This document shows positions 12,549 through 25,259 of a stretch of 64,000 bases of DNA, piece by piece (position 1 is the stretch's first letter; each line of letters opens with the position of its first letter). A model generated the notes under the pieces. It was not told the origin of the DNA. It ran no database searches and worked only from the letters and a program-made list of their open reading frames with translations. A program made the translations under genes and the position numbers. The stretch lies in contig CM052816.1 of assembly GCA_028534125.1 (NCBI GenBank), positions 7,936,001 through 8,000,000 of the forward strand. The letters run 5' to 3'. The DNA comes from Lama glama (Eukaryota).

Positions 12549-13554
12549 CTAGGATTACTGCGTGGGTGGGTATGAAAGTGAAAGAGATGGGGAAAAGGAC
12601 GGAGGACAGAAAGTGGTTCGGTTTGTACGTGGGTGTGTGACAGTGGGTGTGTGGAGTGGATGTGCCTGAGGGAGAGAGTGTGTGCATGCAAGAGAGACTG
12701 CAAAGTGTAAGTATGTGAGCAAAAGAAAATGGAGAAAAGAACATGCTTTTAATTTGTACCTAAGGGAGGGAATATGTGTGCTTGTATATTTTCAGGTGAG
12801 TCTTCTGTATGCAAATCTGATACATGTGTCCACGTGTGAAAGTTAGGCATGCATGGCTGGGGGTGGGTCTATGGGATGGTGTGTGCCAATGTCTACCCCG
12901 TGGTGTCTGAGACATGTGTGCAGGTGTGAGCATTTACATGTGAGTGTTTGCAGAAGAACATGGTGTGTGTACATCACGTGTGCATACACATGAGTTTGTG
13001 TGTGTGGGGTGAGCATATATATGTGGGGACATGTGTAAGCTATACGTGAACCTGTGAGCCCTGCTCCTACACCGTCACTCCCTATTGTAGACACCTTACC
13101 TCTCTGTCTGCCCTCTTTTCCACTGGCCTGAGGAGCAGTGGCCTTGTCCTTGGCCCAGTGACCACTGTCAGCTCTCATCATGGGTGCTGATTCCTCTGCT
13201 TCAACAAGATAGACATGGCCAGGGGCAGGGCTCCCCTGACAACCCAGATCTGCAACCTCATCCCCACCCCAGAGGCTCAGAGCTGTGTCCACTAGAATTG
13301 GGAAGTTCTCTAAACCCTCCAGATACCCTGGACTCTCTAAAACAAATGGCCTGGAGAGGAGGGAAGGTGGGTCTCCCGAAGCCAAGGGCAGAGGAGGCGC
13401 TGAATCGGCAGTGGATCCCAGGTCTCCCTGAGTATCTCCAAGGAGGAGGGGGATATGGCTTGGCAGAATCCCCCGTCATCTCCCAGAGCCTGACCATTTT
13501 CCCAGCCCCAGGTGGGTGGAAGAACACAGCCTGCTGGCTTGTCTCCATGGAGAC

Positions 13555-13780
13555 AAAGCAGCATGGAGGGTGGTTAAAAGCATATGCCAGACCTCCCGGA
13601 GCTCAGATCTCACAGCTCCTCCACCACCCACAGGCCTGAGACTTTGACAAGTCACTTAAACTTGCTATGCCTTAGTTTCCTCGTCTGTGAACAGAGATAA
13701 GAAAAGTATGAACTTCACATGGTTGTTTAGAGGATGAAATGAAATAACCCATATAAAGCATTTAGCACAGGGCCTGGCAG
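13555..13780 (+). mobile_element. MIR SINE
   Basis: caagtcacttaa...gccttagtttcctcgtctgt...taaagcatttagcacagggcctggca. Confidence 0.75.
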
Positions 13781-14934
13781 TGGAACTGGGAGGTGGAAAC
13801 CCTGGGTTCCGACTCTAGCTTTGCTACCAACTTACTGTGTGACCTTGGACAAGTCGCTTACCATCTGTGGAATCTACACAGTAATCTCAATAAAAGCTGC
13901 CAGTTATGACCAGCTGAGACTTTGTGGGAAGGGCAGCTGTAGTGTGGGGCTGTCTTGGTGAGCTGTGGACTAAGCGCCACTGATGAGGGGCCCTACGTGA
14001 CACTTTCCTTCCCACATGTAATTCTCTCAAGGGAGCAGCAGGTGATGGCAGGCAATTTGAGCTGCAGGCTGCTGCCCAACTCATCTCTTCGCGTCCCCTG
14101 ACCTTCCAGCCTGCCATGAACCCCACTGTGCCCTACTCAGCTGGTACTCAGGCCTTAGAGATATGGCACTGGAACCCATCCACCCCAAGTGGTGAATGCC
14201 CAAGGCATACGATGCCATGACCCATACTTACAAGTGCCAGAGAGCACTCAAGAGAGGCAGGTATAATTGCGGAAGGATGGGTGTAATTGTCTGAAGATGC
14301 TTATAATCCTCTGGCGGTAATGGGAGGAAGCTTTAAAAGGAAGCCCTAATCCACTAATAACCTGGCAGCTCCACAGGCCTCTTCCCTCCGGATCTCCAGG
14401 CAGAGAGAAGGGACTCTGGCCACTCCCTTTCCCAAGGGAGCAGAAAGGCCAGTGTGGGCTCTGTCCCAAGACCACCCAGATTTCCACTCTCCTGCAAGAC
14501 CCAGCTTCCTTCCTGCCTCCATGTCTGAGAAGTCCTCCCTAACAATTCCATCCTCTTGAGCTCTCTCCTGCCTCTTCTGTCCCTAGAACTGTTCAGGACA
14601 GAACTAGATAACCATCTGGCTAGAAAGAAATGAAGCAAACTGTGAGGCAGGAAGAATGAGACCGCAGTCTCAGCTCCAACACTGACTGTGATCTTGGGCA
14701 AGGGACTTAAGTCCCTGAGCCTCAGTTGCCTCACCTGTACAATGGGGAGAATACTGCCTGCCTGGAAGGCTAGAGTAAGATCAACAAGAATGAGATACTA
14801 TGCAATGGGCCAGCTGCACTGAAAAGCCAACAGAGGGCCTTAGTGGAAGGCCCTGCTTCTCCCCTCTCCATACATGTCTCTTCTGCTCCAGGATGTCAGC
14901 AGACAGCACTCTCCCTGTATAAATCCTGAATATA

Positions 14935-15165
14935 GTGGTGGCCAAGAGCAAAGCCCCACATTCAAAATGCCGTGACTGAATCATAGCTTAGCAGCTTACT
15001 GGTCATGCGTCTTGGACATGTCACTTATCTTCTCTGGGCCTCAGTCTTCTCATCTGTGTAATGGAGAGAACAGTATGTCCCTTATGGGGATGGTTATTAA
15101 ATGAAGTGATATGTGTAAAGCTCTTAGCACGGTAGACTTGGCACAGAAGGGCTTAACAATAATAG
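14935..15165 (+). mobile_element. MIR SINE
   Basis: tctctgggcctcagtcttctcatctgtgtaatgg...gtgtaaagctcttagcac. Confidence 0.75.
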
Positions 15166-16647
15166 CTGTTGTATCGTTGAGCTGGTGATGATCATTTTAA
15201 TTATCATCAACATCCCTTACATGCTTGTCTGGATTACCCTGCAACCTCACCATAGCTCTGTGAGGTAGATAGGGCTCTTATTTTTATTTTGTTTTCACAG
15301 ATGAAGAAACTGGGAAGGGATTTCCTGGGGTTTGGCTAGTTGGCATCAGGTCCAGAACCAGCACGCATGTCTCCTGACACCTCCTCCCACCATGGTCTGT
15401 GAGAGGAAGAGAAGCAGGTCCTGGGGGCTTCAGGCTCTAGGGGACCTGGATTTGGGCTGACGCTGGTGAGAAGGCCTGTCTCCAAGTTCAAGGCTGCCGG
15501 ATCCTCCTCCTTCCTGCCCCAGATGCACTGAAGGCCCCTCCTTACTCCTGCCTGGCTCCCTGCATGACCCAAGCCTGGGAGTAGGGGTGGGGATGGTGGC
15601 CTTGGGGGCGGGGAGGTGGTCAGAGCCTGGAGAGAATTATTTCAGAAAAGAGAGTGGGCAGGAGGGCTGGTGAGATGCCAGGCTGGGCGTCAGCGACGCC
15701 TGCACAGAAATGAAGTGCTCCTTCAGTTCCTGACGCACAAGCCCTCCCAGGCCTGTGTCCCCCGCACACCCTGCGCCCCCAGGATATGCTGGCAGCGGCT
15801 TCCGCCTAGGCAAGCATGGCCCGGCTCACGTCCTCCCCATCTGGACCCACTTCAGTGTTGCCGTGGGCCCGGCAGTGGAGGTGATTCAGTGTGGGTTTCC
15901 CTGTCCTGCCCTGCCCTTCCAACTCCTGCCGCCTGTGGGAAATTTATCATCATTCCTTCCTTCCTTCCGTGCAGCTCTCCCCAGCCCTGGGCCCTCACTG
16001 CAGCCCAGGTGACATGGGCCCTGTCTCTGTCATTTCTAACAGATGGAAAACCCAGGCCTGGGTGAGGAGTGAGGGCTCAGCTCAGCCACAGACAGGCCAA
16101 GTGACCTGGAGCAGTCTCTTCCTGACCCCGGGCCTCAGTTTTCCCAGCTGTCAAATTAGGAGGTTGGATTAGATCAAAGGCTCAGTCTTTACCTCAAAAG
16201 CTGCGCGAGCACGGTGACCATGTCTGTTTCGCTCAGTGCTGCAGCCCCAGCACCCTCAAAGAGCTGGTGCTCAACACATTCAGTGAGGTGGCCCCGCCCC
16301 ATCACTTGCTCAAACTCCAAGGTCATTTGTTAGCACGAGTGATTAAAGGGCAGACAAGAGTGAGAGATGGACTTTTTTTAACCAAGCATGATAACGTGGC
16401 TTTCTCTCTCTGCCTTCTCACGTGCCCTCTTTGGCAGAGAAGAGTGGACTTTGCTGTGGTACAGCTGGAACAACACGTGTGGCACCATCTCCCCTGTCTG
16501 TCCACAGCTGTTAATCTGGGCATGCCTGTGCGGCTCTGATGCACTGTTACGTGTCATGGGAAAGTAGGGTCAGGAGCCCCTGTGTTAAGGACCTATGGGG
16601 GTCTCCTGTGACTCTGGCAGTCCAGGGGAAAAGGGACATGCACTTAC

Positions 16648-17044
16648 CTGGTTTCTGGGCAACCCTGGGCCCAAGGCTGGGGCTGAGGCTGGCTGTCATC
16701 ACCTGCCGGGCCTTCATCGTGTCCCAGTCCTGGCTGGCTCTGTCGTCATGCTGGGAATCCCCTCGTGCCTCCCTGGAACAGCTGGGTGGCTGGAGGCCCA
16801 GGGCCCTGGGAAGCTGTGGTGCCCCTTGGGTGGCTCTGCAGGCATTGTCCCCGCTCCTGCTGGCCACCCTGTCTTCCTCCAAGTCCGTGAGCCCTGCCTC
16901 TCCCAGCAGGCCCTCCTCACCGCCGCTCTCCTCGGCCTCCAAGGCCAGACACCTGTAGCTCCCATCAGGAATCCCAAAGGTGCAGGGGGTAGACCTGCCT
17001 TCACTGGGTCCCAGGGGCGGGGGTGGGAGGTGGGGGCCCAGCAT
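16648..17044 (-). CDS. SYNPO: Synaptopodin long isoform, first coding exon (132 codons + 1 nt, phase-1 donor); the remaining CDS lies outside the window beyond coordinate 1
   Basis: Translation [46 protein letters not shown]...[36 protein letters not shown] matches the mammalian synaptopodin N-terminus as I recall it (human [46 protein letters not shown]...[13 protein letters not shown]). ATG at 17044-17042. Similarity ends exactly at a strong donor CCAG|gtaagtg (GT at 16647-16646). Confidence 0.95.
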
Positions 17045-17279
17045 GGCTCTGCCTCTCCTGAGGGACGCAGAGAAACTGATGCCCGGGCCGGAGTCGCCTG
17101 AGTGAGCCCTGGTCTCTGCTCCTCTCTGGCTGTCTGCAGCTCTGTCTCCCTCAGTCGACTCACAGAGCTGGGGCGAGGTCCAACTGTGAGACTTCCTGGG
17201 CTGGGTGGGGTGGTGGACCCCCAAGCCCTCTTTCTTCACCGGTTTCTGGTCTGTGAGAATTCACTTCAAGGTGATCTGT
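16648..17279 (-). other. SYNPO: SYNPO exon containing 235 nt of 5' leader plus the start codon
   Basis: Polypyrimidine tract and acceptor gtttcttttctgcccctgcag|ACAG at 17280/17279 (a second AG lies 4 nt downstream); donor at 16648/16647. Confidence 0.8.
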
Positions 17280-19094
17280 CTGCAGGGGCAGAAAAGAAAC
17301 AGCACATAAGACAGTGCACCGGGTGTTCCTGGCTGAGTTTCTGAGATCTGTCCACTTTAAGGGGATCCTGAAAACTGACTGGGGTTTAGGGCAAGGGTTT
17401 CTTGTGTCCACAGGAAAGTCCGGAGCCTCAGTCATTCAACACCCCAAATTTTTGCCCTATCCTTGTGCCACCTGACACTTTATTTGCTTAATATCTTTCT
17501 GTAAATCAACTTTAAATAATTTACTTCTATTACTTTAGACTTATCTTAAACAGTAATTGCAGCTATGTCGTGCTAAGTTATTTCCCCTTCAATGTACATT
17601 AAGTAAGTATCTGGTTATTTAAAAATACTTATCTGGGCATCTCCTAAGAAATATTCTTTTATGTGTTGCCAAATGTACATATGCCACAGGAATGGTGGTG
17701 CAGGTAGTAAAAGGCTGGGGCCACCCCCCCACCCCACCCCAAGGAGGCTCTGCACCGAGGGATATGGTGCAGTGATATGCTTGCATGCCCAGGCTTTGGC
17801 CTATAATCCCACCTCCATCAGCGCTGACCTTTCTGAACTTCAGCTTCCCTATCTATAAAATGGGAACTGTAATATTTCCATTGCAGTGGTGCAATGAGGA
17901 TTAAGTGAGAAAAGGCATGCAGAGAACTTAGGACAGTTTCTGAGATATGACTTAATATATGATGGCTATTCTTGCATGACACACAAAAAAATTGAGCTCC
18001 AATAGTATTTCAGACCCCATAAAAGGTACTGGAGTTATGGTGGGGATAAAGAAGGTATGGTACTCTGGGTCATGAAGCCTTAAATCTGGTGGGAGGAGCT
18101 CTGAATGACAACACGGACAATAATAATAACAGTATGATTATTTAGAAATGTTAACCAAGATGCTAATCCGGGAGAGAGGGGATGGAGGCTTCCTATAGGG
18201 AGGCAAGGAGGGGATGGATGGGAGAGAAACTTGGGAGGAAGAATTGGCTGGGCTGGGAGGCAGATGGAGAGTGGGTGTGGAGGAAGAGGGAGGCGGCTAG
18301 GACTCAGCCCAGTTCGTCGCTCTGGCGACAGCGTGATTTCGTTAATAGAGATCAGGAATAAATGGGAAGGAGCAGGTGTTCAGGGGAGCAGGGAAATGAG
18401 TTTGATTTGGGATTTCCGGGGGAGATGAGCAGTCATCTCCACATGGAGGCCTAAAGATCAGGGGAGAGTTCCAGGTTGGAGACAAAGGTTTGAAAATCCT
18501 TTGTGGAGGCACAGAGCAGAAGTGGACAAGATGCCCCAGGACGGGCAGGTAGAGCCAATTACACATGGGAGGAAACCTTGAAGTTTATAAATCTTGCTTA
18601 GCAGATCTTGGATCTCATCACTATTTAGCTGTGGAAGCTTCAGAGAGTCTGAACTCTCTGAATCTCACTTATCCTATTGCAGAACGGGGAGAGGAGAACC
18701 CCTGCACACACACTGGCTGCCTTGTGGGCAGTGAGAAGCCTCAGAATTGTGAACACTGGGGACGTTGGTGACCTCGGGGTCTGGGCTGAGCTCAGCTGCT
18801 GTGGTACTTGACCTGGAAGCCACGCCTCTGCCCCAAGGCAGGGTCAGGCACCCCCCCACCCCAGCAGGCTGGGTCAAGGCCTCGGCCTCTGGCAGGAGCA
18901 GTGCCAGAGAGTCTGGTAAGCCAGAGGAAAGATAAGCACATTACCAGACTCCGGGGCAAATCAGCGCCAACCAGGAGAAGGCAAACAAGCGTCGCTGTCA
19001 GGAAGATAACAGACACCTGTTACAGCAGCCTCAGTGGCCGGGGAATCAGAACAAAGAAGCCAACTTTCTGCTTGGAGAAGAATGGGTGCTCACG

Positions 19095-19290
19095 ATATTA
19101 AACACCTATTCCATGCTGGGTTATTCACTTAGGTTGTCGAAAGAAATCCTCAGAACGACCCTATGAGAGAGGTACCATTATTATTATCCCATTTCAGAGG
19201 TGAGGCAACTGAAGATCAGAGAGGCCAAGTGACTTCTGGCCTGTCACACAGCTAGTAACCATAGGGCCAGGCTCCAAATCCAGCCCTGAC
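19095..19290 (-). mobile_element. MIR SINE
   Basis: attattatcccatttcagaggtgaggcaactgaagatcagagagg...tcacacagctagtaa. Confidence 0.7.
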
Positions 19291-19372
19291 ACCGTGACCG
19301 TGCTGGTGGACACAGAGACGTAGAAGAGATGGCTCCAAGGCCACACTCCTCTCCAAATTCTTTCTCACTCAC

Positions 19373-20019
19373 CAGCCNNNNNNNNNNNNNNNNNNNNNNN
19401 NNNNNNNNNNNNNNNNNNNNNNNNNNNNNNNNNNNNNNNNNNNNNNNNNNNNNNNNNNNNNNNNNNNNNNNNNNNNNNNNNNNNNNNNNNNNNNNNNNNN
19501 NNNNNNNNNNNNNNNNNNNNNNNNNNNNNNNNNNNNNNNNNNNNNNNNNNNNNNNNNNNNNNNNNNNNNNNNNNNNNNNNNNNNNNNNNNNNNNNNNNNN
19601 NNNNNNNNNNNNNNNNNNNNNNNNNNNNNNNNNNNNNNNNNNNNNNNNNNNNNNNNNNNNNNNNNNNNNNNNNNNNNNNNNNNNNNNNNNNNNNNNNNNN
19701 NNNNNNNNNNNNNNNNNNNNNNNNNNNNNNNNNNNNNNNNNNNNNNNNNNNNNNNNNNNNNNNNNNNNNNNNNNNNNNNNNNNNNNNNNNNNNNNNNNNN
19801 NNNNNNNNNNNNNNNNNNNNNNNNNNNNNNNNNNNNNNNNNNNNNNNNNNNNNNNNNNNNNNNNNNNNNNNNNNNNNGGCAGGGAATGAGGGAGCAGGGC
19901 TGCTTGCTGCGCACCTGCTGGACCCTGGGAGGCCTGGCACACAGGCTGGGGGAGCGCAAAGCACAGTCTGGCCTCCCCTGCTTCTTCATCGTCCACAGCG
20001 CCCCCAGCCTGCTTTGAGG
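19373..20019 (-). other. Candidate additional SYNPO exon spanning the 500-N gap
   Basis: Acceptor ccctttacttcctctgcag|CC at 20020/20019; open phase-1 frame SKQAGGAVDDEEAGEARLCFALPQPVCQASQGPAGAQQAALLPHSL up to the gap; donor GGCTG|gtgagt just after the gap (GT at 19372-19371). Confidence 0.35.
19378..19877. other. Assembly gap (500 N); further gaps at 32107-32310, 60132-60270, 61112-61250, 61633-61855, 62520-62658, 63586-63717 and 63758-63904
   Basis: Runs of N in the sequence. Confidence 1.
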
Positions 20020-20904
20020 CTGCAGAGGAAGTAAAGGGCCTGAGGGATGCTGGGGATCAGGGCCTGGGGAGGTGCACTGCAGAGTCAGGGGTGGGGTCCT
20101 AGTTTTCACTTTCCCACCGACTTACTGAGCCAGTACCGGGGAAATCACAGGTTCTGATTTTACAGCAGGGAGACTAGAGTAGGCAGAGAGGGGAAAAACA
20201 GCTGGGAAGATTAGACCCTCATTCCTCTGAAGACTCCATATCTGGCCTCCCCACCTGCAATCTCTCTCTGTCTCCAACCTCTCCAAGGTCTGGTCCATTC
20301 TTCTCAAGAGCAGCTCTGAGTGTGTTACTCACCTGCTCAGGAACCCTCCACGGCTGCCCATTGTGCAGAGAGTAAAGAACAGCTACAAACAAAAGGAAAT
20401 TCAGAGCCAAAGGCAGGTCTCCTGGCTGAGGGGAAGGAGGGAGGGCTTCCTGGAGATGATGGATGATGTTTCAGATTTGAAGGATTTTGACAGGAAGTGC
20501 TTGACATTCTGATGAATAGAGGGTACTCCATCCATCAAGGCCCAGTGAAGGCAAGAAGGCAGGACCACTTGGAGATGAAGCCGGAGAACCACAAGGCCCT
20601 GGAGAGGCTGAGGCTGGGGCACGTGTGGCAGGGCAGAGGGAGGTGAGGCCGGGAGAGAAGGTGGCCAGACTGTGACAGGCTTCAGTTGCCTGGACTCTCT
20701 TCTGCTGGCTTGAGAGGTGATGTGGAGGGTAGCCCTGCAGAGCTGAGGGGGCCACTGCAAGGCCCGGCTCTGGGGGTGGAGGCAGCAAGGCTAATGCAGA
20801 AGGTGGAGGCTGAAATGGGGGCCGACGTGCAGGCATCCCTGTGAGAGGAGCGTTTTGGAGCCATTTCCCCAGCACCTGGCACAGTGTCAGGCACATAATA
20901 ACAA

Positions 20905-21145
20905 CGGCAGTGAGGATGGCTGAAGTTTATGAAGTGTTTACTGCGTCAGGTGTTACTCCAGGCACTTAGTGTGCATTAACTCATTTCATCCTCATCACAA
21001 CCCTGGAAGGAAGAGGCTATTATTATCCTCATTTTACAGATAAGGAGACTGCACTTCTGTGACTTGCCAAGCTCACACAGCCAGGGAGTGGCTGAGTCAG
21101 GGGTCTGGCTCCAGACGGCACTCTTATCCATAAGGCTGTACTGCC
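20905..21145 (-). mobile_element. MIR SINE
   Basis: attaactcatttcatcctca...ttatcctcattttacagataaggagactg. Confidence 0.75.
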
Positions 21146-22244
21146 TCAGTCATTGCTAAATGAAGGAATGAATGAGAAAAAAGATGGGAGGATGGGAGGA
21201 TGGGAGGGAGAGAGGGGGGAGATTATCTTCAGTGTCTGGCACATAGTAGTCACTCAATAAATATTAATCAAGTGGAATGACGATGTGGAGTGACCGAGGC
21301 GCTGACTGTATATACAGCTAGGGGCAAAAATGGAATTACTCTGGGGGAAGGGTAACCCAGAACTGGTCCGGATGGCTCAGGGTGCACCCACCCCCCCATG
21401 CCTGTCCTGCAGCACCTTGGCATCAGGAATGGGGTGGAAGGAAGGGTCTGGACTGTCCAGAGCTGGGTTCTCTCTGCCACTAGGAAGAGAGCTTTTGTTG
21501 ACCTCAGGAATCTGCACTGAGTGTAAATTCCTGCCTGAGCGCTTCTCTCTCAAGGATGGGGTGGGAGCCAAGTTTGGGGTGGACCTCTTTCCCATGACTC
21601 CAAAGGGGGAATCTCAAACCCCTCCAGCCTCCAGAACTCGTGAGAATGAGGAAGCCTGGCATTTGGGGTTATCTTGCTATGTGTTCTGGAAGAGTCACTT
21701 CCTTTCAATGGGCCTCAGTTTCCCCAGCTGAAGAAGGTCTTGGGCAGAGTGGTTGGTAGAGATGGTAGCGACCAAGGAGGAAGGCATCCCTGAATCCTCT
21801 GTGGACTTGCCCTGTCCCGGCATTTTCCAGAGGGCAGAGTCAGTCTCCAGAGGGAGGTACAAACATGACCCCACATTACCAACCTGGCCCTCCAGCCCTG
21901 TCCGGTCAGACACACTGACCAGTTGTGGCCTCCCTTCTTCCTGCCTCGGCCTCCAGCCATCCCCGCCCTGGCTGCCCAGCCTGCTCTGACCGCCCTTCCT
22001 TCCTCCTGGGACATAAGCGTCCGGTGTTGGATGAGCATCGTGTGAAGCTGGGGGAGCTCTGGAAGTATCAGGAATCCATTCCTTGACAAGAGGTAGCCGT
22101 GATGGCTGGAAAGAACTCCCCAAGCTGGACACGCTGGGTGATCTCAGGAGAGATGAGTGTTACCAGGCCTGAGTTCAGCCTCTCAGTAGCTGAGTAGCTC
22201 ATCTCACTGAATTCCAGTTGCCTCCTGGGTAAAATGGAGACTTA

Positions 22245-22465
22245 CGCATTCACTAATTCATTCATTCACTTGACACATATTCTCTGAACGCCTGCTATGT
22301 GCCATCCTCTATTTTAAGTCCTGGCAGTACACAGTGAACAAAAGAGAAAGAAACCCTGCCCACGTGAAGCTCACATGTTCGTTGGGGTGGACGGGTAACA
22401 GACAAATAAGAAAGCGCATTGGATGGTGATAAGTGCGATGGAAAAATAATTAAGCAGGAAAGGGG
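22245..22465 (-). mobile_element. L2 LINE 3' fragment
   Basis: ttcattcattcac...ctgaacgcctgctatgtgcca...acagtgaacaaaa...cctgccc.cgtgaagctcaca. Confidence 0.7.
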
Positions 22466-24079
22466 ACGGGGGAAAGCTGTGTATCATTAGGACAGAAAAA
22501 GCAGTGGTATTGATGTGAAAAACCTTGACAGATGCTATCTTTTTTTTCGTATGGCATACGCATTTCAAGTTCACTATTATGTTAAATTCTCATATGCAAT
22601 TAGGAATATACAAAATCAAAATTAAGTGGCCAGATCAGTCACACAGACCCTGCAAACCCCTGAGAGATGTCTGATTATTCAATCATTTACCATTTTAGAA
22701 CCTTCACGTTCCACTGTGAACATGTCTACCATTTAGGACTGAGTATTTGTTATGGTCTGGTACATAAAAATATGGTTTCACATATTAGCTTTTTTCTTTG
22801 AGAACATTCTTTTCCAAGTTCACTAAATGGATCGGGTGTCTCTTTGGTATAAGACACATGCTATACAATGAGTTTGAGGATAATAATAATGATATCATAT
22901 GGTGGAGAGGATTAAATTAATATGTATAGGGGCTCGAGGAGAGGCAGCTGTTGTCATAACAGTTACTTTTATTAAGGGGTGACTAATCAGGAACAGAGCC
23001 ACCATCTCTCGATCACTGGCTATGCACTGGGCACCATCCTGGAAAGTTATGTCAAGTATGATCTTGTTTACTCCCCACAAGAACCTTATAAAGCAGGTAC
23101 CAATTACTAGTCCCACTTAACAGATGGGTAAACAGAGGCTGAGGGAGGATGATCTCTGCCCGTGATCCCAGAGCAGGAAAACAACCAAGCCAGGACCTGA
23201 CGGGTACCTGGGTCCTGGGATGGTCACTGAGGGATTCTCTGACACTCCAGGGAGAGGCTATTTTGCACAGCGCAAGAAAACCCTTCATTCTGGCCCAGCT
23301 CTGCCATGCCCTCTGTGCCCCTGGCCACATCTCTCCACTCGTGGGCCTTAGTGAGCCCCGGCTGCACAAATACAGGGCTGGGCTCAGGGTCTCCAAGTGC
23401 GTTTTCAGCCCCGGTTTGCCCATGAATCCCGACACCCAGGATACCGGGGGCTCAAGCCTGTTCCAAATGGACACACCAAATCCAGCTTGCTCACAGAATC
23501 AGCCAAGTTCCCTGCATGTCACATCTATTTCTACCCTACTGGGTTTATAAATATAAGGGCCAGGGAACCAGCTTCAGCGAAACTGGAGAGACTGAAGTCA
23601 TGGCTATAAATACAGGGCCAAGGCTGGCTGGAGTCGGGCAGGGGCTGCTACGGGGCCAACACCAGCCTGGAAAACCATGCCCCATGGGTCCTATGTGTAG
23701 TCCAGTCTCCTCCCGAACACACAAGAAATGGAGGCCAGAGGGGCCAAGACTTGCCCAAGGCCACACAGGCAGGGAGGTCAGAGGTGGGCCTGGACCATGA
23801 GGCTTCTGGTCTGAGTAGACGCTGCTCTTCACGCCACCTACTGCCCACGGTCACAAGTCCCCCCAGTGCGCCCTGAGACTTGCCCAGTGTAATAAGAGCA
23901 AGATATTATAATTTCAGTTTATCAGATAAACCTCTGCTGATAACATACTGCTTTTTATCTGTTGGAAATAGCGAAAATGTCCATTTGAGAAAGTGTTCTA
24001 TGACTAAAAATTCAGCAAATTACCAACCATATTTTCTTGCCACTCAGTAGAACCTCCTCTTCGTGCAGAGTGGCCCATC

Positions 24080-24280
24080 CATGTGCTGGGGTCCAGTGGA
24101 CCAACCCAACAGCTAGTTGGATGAACCACTTCCCAACTCTGCGCTCAGTGACATCACTTGGGCAGCTTGAAATCAGACACAGTGAGAGTCATTACATCAG
24201 GGATGGGGCAAAAGCTACACATCACGGCTTTTTCCCTCCCAGGGAGCCAACTGTGAAATATTTAACAGCACACCATGGCT
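24080..24280. mobile_element. MER63-type hAT element
   Basis: tcagtgacatcac...gcagcttgaaatc...tttaacagcacacca motifs. Confidence 0.65.
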
Positions 24281-24469
24281 AAGACCGTAGCTGGTGAACC
24301 CCTACCTGGCCTGTTTCCGGCTGTCTGACCTGAGGCCAATTATTTCAGCTCTGTGAGCCTCCATGTTTCCTTCTTTCAAGCGGGAACCATAACCGACCTG
24401 CGTCCTAGCTACTGCGAGGGCTAGATGAGTGTGTGCCCCGAAGCGTTAGCACAGCAGCTCCCTGACTCG

Positions 24470-24620
24470 TCTGCCTGAAGCTCTCGCGAGGATGTTTTAC
24501 GCACTCCAAAGCCCAGGCCACACCCCAGACCAGTTCAATCACAACCTCCCCGGGGCATCGGTGTATTTTGAAATTTCCCAGGTGATTCCAACTGTGTAGA
24601 CAGGTTTGGGAACCGCTTTG
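24470..24620. mobile_element. MER5-type hAT-Charlie element
   Basis: caggccacaccccagacca...tcccaggtgattcc...caggtttgggaaccgct motifs. Confidence 0.65.
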
Positions 24621-25259
24621 CAAGCATTCAGCAACTGTCCAGGAACTACAGAGGGACAGGGGGCAATGTCAACCCCTTATCCCTGCTCCATTTAATTCAT
24701 GGGGTTTCATGGGGGAAAATGTATTTAAAAAGTTGTAGTGATTTGTTTGTTTGTTTGCTTGTTCTGTGTAAAGGCTTAATCTGCCTAAAACACGCAGGAG
24801 GTGCTGCTTTCAGGGACCACAGAGGGAGGAGTCTTTGCCCCCTCGCTTCCAGATGTGTGCCTGGCCACCCCACACTCCACAGCAGATGGGCCACCGGCTT
24901 CTAAACCGCAAGGAGGCCTCATTTCATGTGATACTCAGCTGGCCGGCTGGGGAGATGGAGAGACCTCAGCCTGGTCTCCCCTCCTAGAGAGAGCTGACTG
25001 GCTCTTCTCGACCCACAGGCCAAAGGTTCACAAAGCTTGGCTCAGCCTGGGAGACATCAAGCTGTTGGCTTGTAGGACGCAGATTAAGAATAGAAGCAGT
25101 GCTTATGCCAAGGGCTTGGGGCCTCAGCCCAGCTTCTCCCTGGACCACCACCAACAAGAACCAGTGATAAAAATAATCATAATAGTGCCTGACATTTATT
25201 GGCTGCTTCTTATGCACTAGGGTATAGCGCAGTGAGCACCTAGAAAGGCAGTCTAGTAT

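Noticed and set aside
20333-20390. Exon-like block with CAG|gtgagt on the minus strand
   Set aside because: Lies in L2-like sequence (gggcagccgtggagggttcctgagcag) where such motifs are common; no independent support.
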